DNA of 64,000 nt from Euprymna scolopes (GCA_053919585.1 CM132802.1), one strand, 5' to 3'; shown: positions 13,001-25,811, numbered from the stretch's first letter. Numbers and translations: made by a program. The notes: generated by a model from the sequence alone, not told the origin.

Positions 13001-14399
13001 TAGTCTTACATGTTTTGCAATGGAAACCTAAGTAACGCATTTCACAGGTGTATTTGTCATTAGACAGATAAAAAACAAAGACCGTTGCATATTTATGGCT
13101 GAAATTTGATAGAAAAGTCAGGCATAGACAGAAGTTTAATTGTGACAAATATGGCTGATGTACAAACAATTTCTGACAATCCTTGTTAAAGGAAAATGTC
13201 TCTATAAGAGATTCTATTAGTTTGTTATGCATAAGTTTGAAATACAATTATGGTTAGTCTTTGTCATGTTTAAATATAAAATACCATTTTCATTGTTCTG
13301 TCATGCTTAAGTTTAAAATAGCATTGTGGTGTACTTAAGAGTAAAGTGTACACTGAAGGATTTTATCAGGAATCGCTTGAAATTCTCTGAACAAAATTCT
13401 TGCTTTTGACGTAGCATGATGAAAACAATTGAGTTTCATCATTGAATAGAAGAAAACTTTTCCTTAACTGTGCCATCATTTTAAATAAGTTGGAAACGTT
13501 TTTCTGTTTTCTACCAACCCAGAAAAATACAGATTAATACCGTTAATATTGGTGGAGGTATTAACCTCCAAATAGGTCAGGTTTATACTGAGATACCCAG
13601 TACATTTACTTTCCAATAAAATGTATAGTTTGATATATATAATTTTTTGTTTTTTACAGGTAATTTCTATGGATATCTAATAATACATATATGTAATTAT
13701 GTGATTGTCCTCTTAACCATACATGTGTGTAGAAAAATCTGTTTTAACCTGTATATTATTTTGTTTATTTAGAAGATGTACAATTGAGATACTGAAAAAG
13801 CATGTGGACATGTTCGTTTTGCCTAATATGTAAAATATCTCATTTTGTCGTCATCTCCAGTAGAATGCACATAGAGCTTAACTATTTTTAGACGTCAACT
13901 TTGAACTAAGCATTTTAATCACAGCTTCTTATGGTCTGTTATCTCTGCATCCATTATGAAATTAATACCATGCTTTAACATGAAGTATCGTTTTATAAGA
14001 AAACTCATCTCTGTTATTTACTGCTTATTATGCACCATATCAACTTATTACTGCTTATTATATATTACATCAAGTTTATATTTTCTTTGTGACTTCAGAA
14101 ATTTAATGTTCAAGCATATATGCTTTATTTTTTACTAGATAAGCCTTGGTGTATAAAAAGTATCGATTTCTTAATTGTTATTAAATATAAACAAAAATGA
14201 TAAAGTAAAAAAACTAAAACTTATGTATAAAATATAACAGGATTTATTTGCACTCACAAGTAATACACTAAAATAGTCTTATAAATCAGTTTTCCTAATA
14301 CATGGATATAATATGTACACCAACAGAACTGATTTGTTTTAGTAATGAGAAGCGACACATATCAGTGAGCTTATGGAACCTGCTAAGATCAATCATCAT

Positions 14400-14700
14400 C
14401 AACCGTCCTCATCTTGGATGTTATTCTCAAAACGCTTCAACTGGTATAACCTCTGATCTTTTGCAGGTGCATTTTATCGAATTCGAGAATCTGTATGAAA
14501 ACTTAAAAGGAACACATTTATTTGATCCACAGAGGTAGCTTACTCTTGTTCCCCCAGCCATGACTAAGTACAGATCTTAAGCAATTCATAATTGCATTTG
14601 TAGTCGCACCTGTTGTGCAATAGATAAAGTACTTTAAGTAGTAATCAGTACTACGAGATAGTCTTCTGGAAGTTGATGGTCTAATCCTCCATATAGATTC
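14400..14700 (-). mobile_element. Penelope-like terminal-repeat fragment (family also at 16285-16510, 29750-30055, 30190-30270)
   Basis: Shared tctcatcttggatgttatt...tttcaac.gatgtaacctc.ga...cagg and agccatgac blocks; CTGAnGA...GAAAC-like core on the minus strand. Confidence 0.55.
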
Positions 14701-14984
14701 TCAAGTTCCACAACCCCTTTATTTAATAAATGAAGGTAGCTTGCTCTTGCTCCATCTCGTTCCATCTTGTAGTCTTGTATAGAGTAATGCTTTCATATAC
14801 TGGGTATTGTGTGTGGATTTGTGCTTCTGAGTTCGAGTTCTGTTGGAGCTACTGCATTATTTTCACTAATGTGGTTGAGAAAGGTATGAACGTACATAGC
14901 CCCTTCTGCTATACAAGACAAGACTCAAAAACGTTAGTTGTTCAACTAGACTAGAAGGAATTCTATGAAAGAACAAGACTTACT

Positions 14985-15137
14985 TTCTTATCACTGCATT
15001 ATTTCCAGTCAAGATGGACTTCTCTTTGCCATTAGACTCTCAAGCAGGAGAGTTAAGGTTGGAGATTGTACAACCCTTGCATCACTATAGACTTCCCTTC
15101 CTTAAAGGGAATATCCATTGTCTTTCAAAACTGCAAG
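14985..15137 (+). mobile_element. Headless body fragment of the 5S-derived SINE
   Basis: ttgccattagactctcaagcagg...ggttggagattgtacaacccttgc...cattgtctttcaaaactg aligns with the reverse complement of about 42095-42250. Confidence 0.7.
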
Positions 15138-15392
15138 GAGGCTTTATATTAGTTCAAATTAATATTAAACATTTTTATAGGTGTTCATTTGGGAGATTAT
15201 CATTAGAAAATTCTTACTGACTAAATTGGTTTAAAAACATATCTGCCTTAAATAGTCTCTACTTCCTGTCTAATCATTCAAGGGAAATAACTCATCTGTA
15301 ATCTGATATTAACACATAATAAATTTTACCAGTAAAACTATTCTGACACATTGTTTCCTCTTAAAATTCTTAATTGGTTCACTTTTCTTTAG

Positions 15393-15524
15393 CATCAGCA
15401 GGTACTGAGTCGGACTTCCAAGTCCAGAAGTCTGTTGTGAGTGAACAACAGAAGAAAGAAATTAAAGAAGAGTTCCAAAAGCTGGAAGTCAGCGTTGATG
15501 TGAAACGCGAGCACAAGAAATCAG
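15393..15524 (+). CDS. 132-nt symmetric (phase 1-1) internal exon, E/K/V-rich
   Basis: Acceptor cacttttctttAG (15391-92), donor TCAG|GTAACT (15524/25). Encodes SAGTESDFQVQKSVVSEQQKKEIKEEFQKLEVSVDVKREHKKS. Composition and phase match the other exons. Confidence 0.8.
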
Positions 15525-16284
15525 GTAACTATACAATGAGAGATGATCTTCTGCAGCACGTAATAAAGCCTGGGTTTCTTTTTTTTATCTTTTTGAAAAA
15601 AAAAATCTTACCAAATATTTTTTACCTGTGATAAAAATGCATTCCTTGACTTAATATGATTTGTTTATTGATGTGAGTTATCTACCCTTGAATTGAACGA
15701 TGATGCCTTGCTATAAATTCCCAAAATCTTTAATACTCCTGGCCTCTAATTATTGCTTTATACAAACGGTTTGTATGATTAACAATATTCATGGGAGGAA
15801 AAAAAAAATTTTAATTGATATTTTGCAGAAACATTACAAAGATAAAACATGTTGAATAAATAACTTTACATGAATAACATGTAAAATCTATATAATAATA
15901 TGCTAAGACAATTTCATGACTTTATCGCCCTTTCACTGTCGAAGATGCAATTACAAAAAAAAAATCATTTTTTTTAAAATTTCATCTGATGTCACTATGT
16001 GGTGAACATAAAACTTAAATTAAAATACACTTCTTTGGCCTTTGGACTAGGATCAAAGTGTAGCATCTGCTTTATCCAACGATTGTATAATAATATTGTG
16101 GGTTCCTTGTTCTTGCCGGGCATCCATATCAAAATATATCAAAAACTCCTGCAAGTGTTTTGCAAATAGACCCTCCCACACACTTATAATCTGAATTATT
16201 CTGAAACTATTCAAAAGTTCGATGAGCAGCAAATTAAATTTTTTGTTTAACAAAAAAAGATTTATTGAATTATATTGGTTGCTG

Positions 16285-16510
16285 CTTGTATTATTTGGAC
16301 TATTGTTCTCATCTTGATTGTAATATTCACAACGTTTCAACCGATGTAACCTCCGACTTTGTTCAGGTGCATCTTTTCGAACATAGGAACCTTCTAGTCA
16401 AAATTGAGAATCTTCACTTTGAATTCAGAATCCATTACAGAATTTTTAACTAAATGCTTTATTTAATTCACATAGGGCGATTGTTTTTATTCCATTAACC
16501 ATGACTGGGT
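16285..16510 (-). mobile_element. Penelope-like terminal-repeat fragment
   Basis: Minus strand CCTGAACAAAGTCGGAGGTTACATCGGTTGAAACGTTG...gtccaaataa. Confidence 0.55.
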
Positions 16511-16699
16511 ATGAATGTTAATTTATGCTATCCTTTTAACTTATGCACAGTTTTTAGTGTATATTGTTAATATATTTACACAATAAGAACATTGAGCTAG
16601 CACAGCACTCATAGAATGTGGTGGAACTTTTTATTTTGTGATAAAGATACATCCGGGCATCTATGGAAGTCATCATCACCCGGTTTTAGTATTTAAAGT

Positions 16700-17140
16700 G
16701 TTGCAAATGTCTCAGTCTCTGAGGTAGGCAACATCAGGTAATGTTTCACATCTGCTCTTCATGTTGTCTGATCTATAGAGTGTACACCAGTCATGTAGCA
16801 AGTAGTTAGCTCAACTCAGTTTTTTCTTGGTCTTCCATGCACCCTCATGTCTGGGATATCTATGAGCGTTAATTAAGTGGATGCAGAAGGCGGAATGCTG
16901 TACATGGCCTATCTATCTGAGATGCCAAGTACGTAAAGCATTCCAATGCCAAACTTTTGATAGAGCATGGCAGAAGGGATTCTTTCTTTTAGTTTTCTGC
17001 CGCGCATCCACCTGATCATTAAATGGTCATTCTGTTGAAGCCGTTACGTCAGAAATGTTGACAGCTCATGTTTCACTGCCATTCAAGATGGTTGAGCAAA
17101 CACAGGTCAAAAAGACCTTGCCCTGTGTCCTGATAACAAT
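16700..17140 (-). mobile_element. RTE-clade LINE 3' remnant
   Basis: Minus-strand VCSTILNGSET*A (cf. LxYGSETW) and RVHGRPRKN* (cf. RxxGRPRxRW). Confidence 0.65.
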
Positions 17141-17665
17141 ATTTAAAGAAAAAAAAAGATCTGCCATTTTGTATTTTTTTTACATTTGTAACCCAAATAT
17201 GGAAAGAGAGTAGTTAACCATATAATAAATAATGCACACACAATATAAACATTAATTATGAGGATTGTGTTTCCTTTAAATATTTCTCCCTTATCAATGT
17301 TTAAAACATTTCCAACAATTTTCCGTATTTATTACTTAGAATGAGTGGACAGTTTGATTATACATTGTTTATTTACCGGATAATTATACCAAAAGTGAAT
17401 GTGATATTAAAAAATATCTTCAGTTTATATTTTTCCATCATTTTCTCTCTTCTCTTGGTTATGCTTATTTTTATTTTTATTTTTTATGCATAATGATGTA
17501 GTTATTTTTATAAAGTTTTTATTTATCTAATAAATATATTACCAGAGAAATGTTTCACTTTTCCAAAATAGTACTGCTATTTGTGGTAGATATTTTTAAT
17601 TAATGTCATCTGCAGAATGAGGTGTTTAGAGAAAGGAAAATAATAATTATTACATTCTCCAATGT

Positions 17666-17859
17666 CAGGGTTGCGCAGTTGGAAGGGATAAAGTTTGACT
17701 CTGACTCCGACTTGTAAGATTCCTAAATTTCTGACTGTAACTCTAATTCCTGCCGATATTCAGATTGTCTATTAATTCTTCATAGATTAAAAAATCTAGC
17801 ATTCTTACAAGTCTGACTTTTTCCTTAATCCCATAACTCCCCCCGACTATGCAACCCTG
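17666..17859. mobile_element. MITE with CAGGGTTGC terminal inverted repeats and GACTCC/GACTCT subrepeats; related pieces at 9390-9480, 18020-18110, 18470-18583
   Basis: cagggttgcg...tgcaaccctg ends. Confidence 0.6.
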
Positions 17860-18154
17860 GTTTAAATTTGCTTTTAATTAATTTTTTTTTTTCAGCATTA
17901 ATTCAGGTTAATTTTAAATAATAAAAGTTTTACTCCAATTCATAGGATTCTGAAATATCCTTATTTTAAAATCATCCACTATAAAAACTGTCTTTTGATT
18001 CTTTGGAGATTAAAAAACCCAACTCAAACTCCTAGCATTCTTCAAGTCTGATTTCAGCTCTGACTCATTCCAAAACCTCAAACTCACTCCAACTTCGGCA
18101 TCTCTAGCTTAAATTGGCTTAAAAAATATTTTGTATTCTTTTGTAATTTTTTTC

Positions 18155-18346
18155 AGGGTTCTTATGCAGAACTGTACTATTTTTTAGATAATATTTTCAA
18201 GTTAAATTCAATTTTTACAGTATCTTTTGTTTATCAAATTGTAAGGTGAAAGTACAGAATAATTACAAAACGTCCTCTCCATGTTAAGAATGGCTTTCTA
18301 AATAATAACGTTATTTCAGCATGGCCCGTATTCTGCATAAGTACCT
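18155..18346. mobile_element. MITE-like element with ~17-bp imperfect terminal inverted repeats
   Basis: agggttcttatgcagaa ... ttctgcataagtacct. Confidence 0.5.
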
Positions 18347-18919
18347 TTTTTGATGTTAATTCAGGTTATGTTTCTGAATTTTGGAGATGAGGATCGATAA
18401 TTTGTATTATTTGAACTACTGTTCTCATCTTGAGAATTCAGGTTAATTTCTAATCATAAAATATTCAACTTGGACTCCTTATTTTAAAGTCAATATTCTG
18501 ATTGTCTTGATTCTTTGGAAATTTAATTATCTGACTACGACTCTTTCCAAAACTTTGACTTTGACTCCAACTCTGCAACCCTGGTTTAAATTGGATTTTA
18601 ATATTTTTTTTTTATTATTTATTTTTTTTTTTCAGCTTTACTTCAGGTTAATTTCAAGTGATAATTTAAAACCTAGAAAAATGCTATAATCCTTACTCCA
18701 TTTTTAGAAAATATTTTATTTGTGAAGCAAATATTGAGATTTTATGATATTGTTTATGAGAAGAATAAATGCCTTTGTACAATAATACGCCAGTACTTTC
18801 GTTTGTACCTCCATTATTAAAAGTTCGGATTGTGTTGCAGCTAAATGATAAGAAATGCATCTGTCGGCTCTCCTCCTCTCCCCATTATTCATAGCATGTC
18901 TCCCTGTTTCCTTCCCTAG

Positions 18920-19051
18920 AGTCTCCACCTGTTGCTGAAGTGAGCCCTTTGATTACGAAGACAGAAACAACGATAATTACTGAAGAAACTACTCAAACAA
19001 TTACCGACAGAAGAGTAGACAAAGAGACTACTCAAACAGCTCCCTCGGAAG
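18920..19051 (+). CDS. 132-nt symmetric (phase 1-1) T/E-rich exon; extends to 19200 if the donor is not used
   Basis: Long pyrimidine tract tctccctgtttccttccctAG (AG 18918-19). Encodes ESPPVAEVSPLITKTETTIITEETTQTITDRRVDKETTQTAPSE. Candidate donor GAAG|GTGGGG at 19051/52, phase 1. Confidence 0.75.
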
Positions 19052-19200
19052 GTGGGGAACCCGCACAATTTGAGGATTCCAGCATGCAGACCTTCCTCTT
19101 GACCATGATAATGGCAATGATGTTGATACGATTCATGGCGTGGCTCTTAAGTTTTGGTTGCTGTTTTTGGTGTTGTTTCTTCTGTTGTCTTTGGCAGTGA
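19052..19200 (+). CDS. Putative alternative terminal extension encoding a hydrophobic, Cys-rich C-terminal tail
   Basis: In-frame continuation GGEPAQFEDSSMQTFLLTMIMAMMLIRFMAWLLSFGCCFWCCFFCCLWQ-TGA; visibly more GC-rich than the bulk intron. Confidence 0.5.
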
Positions 19201-20681
19201 GAATTGGGGGAACAAAGAAACATCAAACCATCCAACAACGGCTCATCTGATTGCTGTCCCCCCAAAACGATATGCATGGCATAATTCAAAGAAACAAAAC
19301 CATCAGGCTAACAATATTTTTGCTTATTTTTAATTTTTGTAAAATTACTTATATTAAAAAGCTGTTATAACCCCAGGAATTTAAGTAAAGGAAAGTTTAA
19401 ATTAGGAATTCTGTTGAGTTAGATGTTCATCTCTTTCTCTAACATTTGCATTTTGTCCAAAAGAATTATGTTTTATGCTTTAGATATGCTGAATTAATAT
19501 TTCATTTTTCAAAGAAATTCTTTTTGATTGTATAAAAAATAGATCTGCAGTATTTTTTAATTTAAGTTTAAAAAGACCCTCAATTTTCGCTCTTGTATGA
19601 CTGCTGTTTTTTCTTTGTATTTTTCTGAAAAAGCATCAGTTTCTTGCAAGTTAGTTTATGCTTTACTCTCATAAAATACTCAAGATCTTCATGCTATGAA
19701 CTTGCTTTAAAATAATGTTTACTTTTGATGACAGTTCAGAGTTTTAGATAAAGTAGATGCTAATATTCATTTGAAGCTTTGGTGTATTATTTATTCAACT
19801 ATATATTAAAAATCTATTTCAACTGACAAAACACTTTCTATAATAATACAGATATGGTTCATTGTGAAATGATATAGCTTATTGTGAACAGGAAAATTAA
19901 GTGTTTCATTTTAGATTTTTATTTTATTTATATAATTTTGAAACATAGTGTTACAAAAATAATGGTTATACTATATTTAAGACATCCATTTATAAACTGA
20001 ATCAGTTAAGCAAATAAATATATATTATATATTATTTCTAAATGTTAATTTTCATAGTCAAGTACTTAGAAAGACTTTTATTATTTTATAAATAGGTACA
20101 AGCTAAAACAAACTCATTTGCGTAAATTAAAATCTATTAGCAAAATAATTTAGAAGAATAAGAATCTTCTAGTATAAATTAGTATATTAGAATCTTCTAT
20201 GGTGATTATTTAGAATTTAATTTATTTATTCATTTTATGTGAAATGATTTTTTTTGTTTTCAACTGGGGTTATAACAAACTTTGTTAGAAGCAGGTGGCC
20301 TGATATTATGACAGTAAAGTATTGGCTTTGTTATTTCATAAGTAATGCTGTTTATAAATCAAAGTAAATTGAATCGAATCAAAGAATTATTTCTGCAAAC
20401 CTGTCTTTGGTTCAGCAGCAATTTGTACATTTGAATAGAGAATGTTTAAATAAATGAATTGGATTTATCATAATTATTGCTTTTTTGTGTCATGAAGTAT
20501 TTGAGTGGTGCAGTAACTAATGTTTGGAAGGCAAAGGGCATGATATTTCCTTCTATTTTTCAAACTAGGCTTCATTACAGACATACTTTGTTGAATGCTG
20601 CTTTTTATATACTAGATTGCATATTCATTGAACTATATGTTCTTTTATGATGTATTTGAAGTGAATAAAACGTCAGTAGGT

Positions 20682-21099
20682 GATATATAAAAGTGAACGT
20701 GTGTGTGTGTATGTGTGTGTGTGTACATTTCCCTACGCAATAACTCTGTCAATTTTTAGTCTACAGACTCGAAATTTGATATACAGGGTACTGAGATTTG
20801 GGAAAATCGACGTGATCGGTTTTCGGCCAGAAATTTGGCGATCAAGGGGTCAAAGTTCAACGATTTGACCTTTAAGAACTCTACGAAACTCCTCCGACAA
20901 TTTTGGGTCTAAACACTTGAAATTTTAAATATAGGTTCATTGGACATGGATCTAACTTAATAACTTGATTTGAGCCCAAAACAATAAATTTAAAGGGGTC
21001 ATAATAGGGTCAAAGTTAAAAAAATTGACCCTTTTTTTTTTTTTTTTTGCTCAACATACATCTCCAAATACCCGGGCAACGCCGGGCACCCATGCTAGT
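20682..21099 (+). mobile_element. Complete non-autonomous Helitron (family B)
   Basis: 5' atatataaaagtgaa plus (GT)n microsatellite; 3' hairpin CCCGG-gcaacg-CCGGG followed by gCTAGt. Inverted copy at 37681-38045. Confidence 0.8.
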
Positions 21100-22688
21100 A
21101 TATATATATAAGTGGATAAGTTAGTTTGTTTATTAGCAAGGTTAATATTAAAATACCCTTTTTATATATTATATACTATTAATTAGCATTATTGGAAAAA
21201 GTGCTTGGATTTTAGTATTACTTTTTATTTGGAATGCAATTATAAAGGTGTTGTCATTTATATGTACTTACAGAAATCAGCCGGAATGTATTGAATATTG
21301 TACATTTATTACTTGTTTTTAAAAATCTTTTTGGTTAATCTAGTTGTAATACTATTTCACTGAAATTTGTATATGCACACATACACATATATATGAATAT
21401 TGTTATACTATATTCAATTTATATCGAAAGAATAATTACATAACCTAAATATGAACTAGAATAATACCTGTCGCAAGACGGGTACAAACAATATCTAAAT
21501 TCATTTATTTTTTTCTTTTTGGAGAGGTACACTCTTTAAATGGTAAAGTTTACAAACAAAAATGTGCTCATGTTACTCATCACGTTGCCTACAATACATA
21601 TTCTATAATTCACTAATAAGATTATAATTTTTGGAATAATCAGATTAAATAATATGGTTGAGGATGAACTTATAGCTACTAGGATTTTGACAGGACTATC
21701 TAATTGATTAGGCCTCTCCAAACTCCCATTTAGTGAAAGTAAGAGTCAAAGTAAAAATTGGCTCAGTCACCGGGATTCAGTCCTGAAGCATCATGAATTG
21801 CCACCCACGGCCAACAAGTAGCCCCGTTTTCGGGAAGAGAAGAGCGTTACCTCTCTGCATAGGGTTGAAATGAATGAATTTGTGGTCATGTCGACAAGGT
21901 AGCCATGCTTTAAGTAAACAATATAACCATGTTAAACATAAAGATAATAGTTTAAAATTGTTACGGCAATGTAAACCTCAAATCTCTTATATTCAGTGTT
22001 GTAGCCTTGCAGGCTAATAATAATCAAGACAAAAACATTGGTATGATAAACAAAAAGCATATCAACAAAACTGTATTACAGAAATACACATCATAATTCT
22101 GTGGCCATAACTCGCTGCCACAGTGTTTATATTTATATCTATTGTTTTTGGGTAAATCCATTATTCCTGAAAGGGTAAATCAGCTAACCCCAAAATAAAA
22201 ATAACTATAATATAATCAAAATACATCATCTAAGAACATAGGAAAGTAAATGTTTCATTTTGCAAATGTTTTTATGTTCAATGAATATGTTGTTTATTAA
22301 TTTTCTTTTTTATTGGTGATTATTACTTTTGTGAAACTTTTTTTGTCTAGATAACTTACATTAAGACTATTCTTAGATGCACTGTCCAAATATTGATATG
22401 CACATTGGCACAGATTTTAGTACCTGTCATTTCTCCAAGATCACCTGCTTCTAATGTAATTCCCAATGCATGATAAACCTGCTGTTTATATGACATTATC
22501 ACCAAAATATTCCTATTTTTACTTTCCATTTTCCCATGTTACTTTTGCATGTTTCTCTGTATTTGCTTAATGAATATGGACATAAGCTTGCACTTGATTT
22601 ACAGATAGATTGTTAATTAATTTTTTTTGTTTAGAAAAATATGTATGCAGTCAAAGTTATGTTCTTGTTTATCTCCCCTTGTAGCAAC

Positions 22689-22883
22689 AGTAATCATAAA
22701 AAGAAAGCATCAGTCATATGACTGATTATGACTTACATACAACTCCTCTTTGTGAGCTTCTCCCCTCCTCCCACGACTTATACTTTATGTTATTCATATT
22801 GTGATGTCACTAACACAAACATCTAGTCATATATTTATGACTAGTCATATCTATGACTGGTTCTACTTTCAAATAACTATTAC
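22689..22883. mobile_element. MITE-like palindromic element with nested AGTCATA/TATGACT inverted motifs
   Basis: catcagtcatatgactga ... tagtcatatatttatgactagtcatatctatgactgg. Confidence 0.45.
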
Positions 22884-24519
22884 AGTATATTGTTTTAATA
22901 AGTTCTTCATGTACATGCACACTTTGTTTCTGATATCATTCCAAAGATGACATGAGCAAATTATTCAGCTAGTCATTCATTAATCGACATCTTGAATTTT
23001 AAAACTTTTTGTACATTCTACATGCAGACATTTAAATAATTTCAGCCATTTTAAAAAAATAAGTGTGAGTATTTCAGTGTTTTCTTTCCAACTAAAGGAT
23101 ATTTGATAACAGTCTACCTAAAAATATCTGTTACAGGTAAAAAAAAACAAATTTCCTTCATTTATATTTTTGGTAATTTCAAAAATTACAATTCTTTTAT
23201 CTTGCCTTTAATTCTTGTTTCTCAATATACATTTGCTACTAGTTAAAATGCACTTTAAACGTTTCATTGAAAATTGTTTTTGTTTTGTCATTGTCATTGT
23301 ATCCACATGTATTTGAATCCAAATGTTATTGTAGCCACATGTATTTGTATCCAAATGTTATTGTATCCACATATATTTGTATCCAAATGTTATGTTTCAT
23401 CTCATATTGCCATTCTGGTCATCTTACAATATAGTTAACAGGCAAGAAACCGAAAAGAAAAAAATGCAACTAATAATTTTAAGAAATAGAATTTAAATTT
23501 AATTTTCTATGCTTTTAAAGTGTGGAAAATGTTTATAAGATTTATTTTCTCTGAATTTGTAATTATTAAGTTGACTTAGTGAAACACAAACCAAAAGAAA
23601 AATGGTAATCGATTTTTTTTAGAAGTTGTCGCTTAGTTTGGGATTATTTTAGGCTGAAAAGATAGTAAAAATAAACAAATGACTTGCTCCGCTATTATCT
23701 CTAAGTTCAGAAAAAGGGTTTGTAACTGGGACTTCAGGTTAGTGATAGGCTAAGTTATTTATTTAAACTATTTTTTAAGCAATTAAGCACCAACAACAAC
23801 ACAAAGTTAAAACGACCATTTTGTTCCTTGTGTAGCAAAAGAGAGAGCTTTGAACAGATTCTAATTTAAAAAAAAAAAAAAATTCAAATCATTAAAAGCA
23901 TACAAGTCGGTAAAAAATTTAATTTTAATGTGTTTCATAAAAATTGTTTGTTACGTTTTTATTTCATTTTTTTTTTTAAATATCTCAGTTAACTAGATTG
24001 TAAGATTACCTTCATTCCTTTTCTTTCCGTAGTAAACCATTATTTATGTTGATTAATCCTAGCATGTATTTGTTTATCCTCTGTTTTATTTGTGTCATCC
24101 ATACTTTTTATAAATGTATATTTCCCGATCTCAGTGATTCCTGCGATCTTTACTCATCGTAAGTTTTTCTCATCATTCAACATCATCAGCCATTTAATAT
24201 GCGATTTTATGCTCATTAGTCCGCTACACTAATACGCTAGAAATTGCGACAGTGACTCACTGACTGACCTATTGACGCCACTGTTCCGTTGGTACTGTAT
24301 GCCATACTTCTATTTTGCTGTAGTTTTGCACAATTAAACATGGCTGCTTGCAATTTTGCACCTACACAGCTACCTCACATGTAGACCTACACGCTTGCTT
24401 TTTAGTACTCTGGGATTATGGCAGTCATCTACCTATGAGTTTTAATAAAGATAATCGAAAGTTTATTTAATCATACTATAGTCCATTAAAAACAGTCTGT
24501 ATTAATCCATAAAGTACAT

Positions 24520-25070
24520 TATATCTATCTTTATAAAGTTAAATATGTGCATATGTTTGCATAATGCATTAAAGTTAAATATGTGCATATGTACAGCATT
24601 ATAGAACTCATTCGTAAACTTATTAACTGATCGTGAATTTTAGAACACAAATGCTAGCAATAAAAGTGGTTAATATGGGCTATGCTAAGTTTAGTATACT
24701 TTATATATCAATGAATTCCTAAAATTTAAGTTTCTTTGGGGTATTTTAAAGGGTTTTAGGAGGAATAGTATTGGCACAACTCTCTCATTTGAAAATGCAG
24801 ACATATCAGATTTGCATGGGATTCGATCGATAATCATAAGACACCAATTAAGTAAAATTCCCTAAATTTCAATTTCTTCTTAAAACTTCTAAAATTTAAG
24901 CCTTAAATTTTAGACATTTTCTGAAATCAAAATCATGAAAGAGATTTTTTATCAAAATTAGAATAACGATTCTAGACATAAGGTTTAGTATAATTATATT
25001 TTTATTTTAATCTTCATAAAAATGGTGCAAATCTGTTATGTTCGGAGAATTGATTTTATTCTCCTGGGAT
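24520..25070 (+). mobile_element. Helitron-like family A copy in the opposite orientation
   Basis: Reverse complement of the 6030-6570 block; starts atctatctttataaagttaa. Confidence 0.65.
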
Positions 25071-25507
25071 GGGTATTCTTCTAATTTTTCTGTTGGCCAT
25101 TTTATTAATTATATTTATAAATACACCTTCAAAATAACTGAATTACATTTTTTGAAAATCAAAAATACATAAAAGATATTATAACCCCTCTTATCATAGA
25201 CAAATTAAAAATCAGAGATGATATAATTTGTTGAAGATGAGAACTCTATCAAACCATGAAAGTTCCATTATTAAGCATTAACCCAAAAAGGTAAATTACT
25301 TATTCATAAGAAATACAAACCCAAATCTTGTTAGACTTTATTTTTTATTATGATTTATTATAACCGTCATAAACGGCAATGATATGCAATACAGATATAA
25401 AATAATATTACAATATGATAATATTACAATAATTTTTAGAATGATACTTTAAAATCAAAATGATAATACGAGAATTAAGCTTGTATAAAGCTTGTTCTGA
25501 TTTGTTA

Positions 25508-25811
25508 TATTGGGTTCACAACTAAATTCCCGCTATTTTAAAATTTAAATTGAAAAAGTTTAACAAAAAGTAGTAATAAATTAATCAATGTTCAGTAATA
25601 TTTCCAATACCTCGTTGGTTGAAAGCAAAAATAAATAAATAAAAACAAATAGAAGGTGTCGAAAATATTATTTTTTCTTAACTTGATTCCATTTTAATTA
25701 TTTGAAAATAAACTGAAATTAATTGAAATTAACGTTAAAAAGGAAAATATTCGAAAACACAATAGATTTCAAAATAAAAAAAATGGTGGTAACTTAGTTG
25801 CCTACCCTATA
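25508..25811. mobile_element. mariner-type MITE with TA target-site duplication
   Basis: TA-TTGGGTTCACAACTAAATT...AACTTAGTTGCCTACCCTA-TA; about 30-bp imperfect TIRs. Confidence 0.7.

Noticed and set aside
15525-15631. Hydrophobic read-through after the 15524 donor (and after 51639)
   Set aside because: Hydrophobicity comes from poly-T/poly-A intron sequence (FLFFIFLKKK); short or interrupted, so not a credible anchor.
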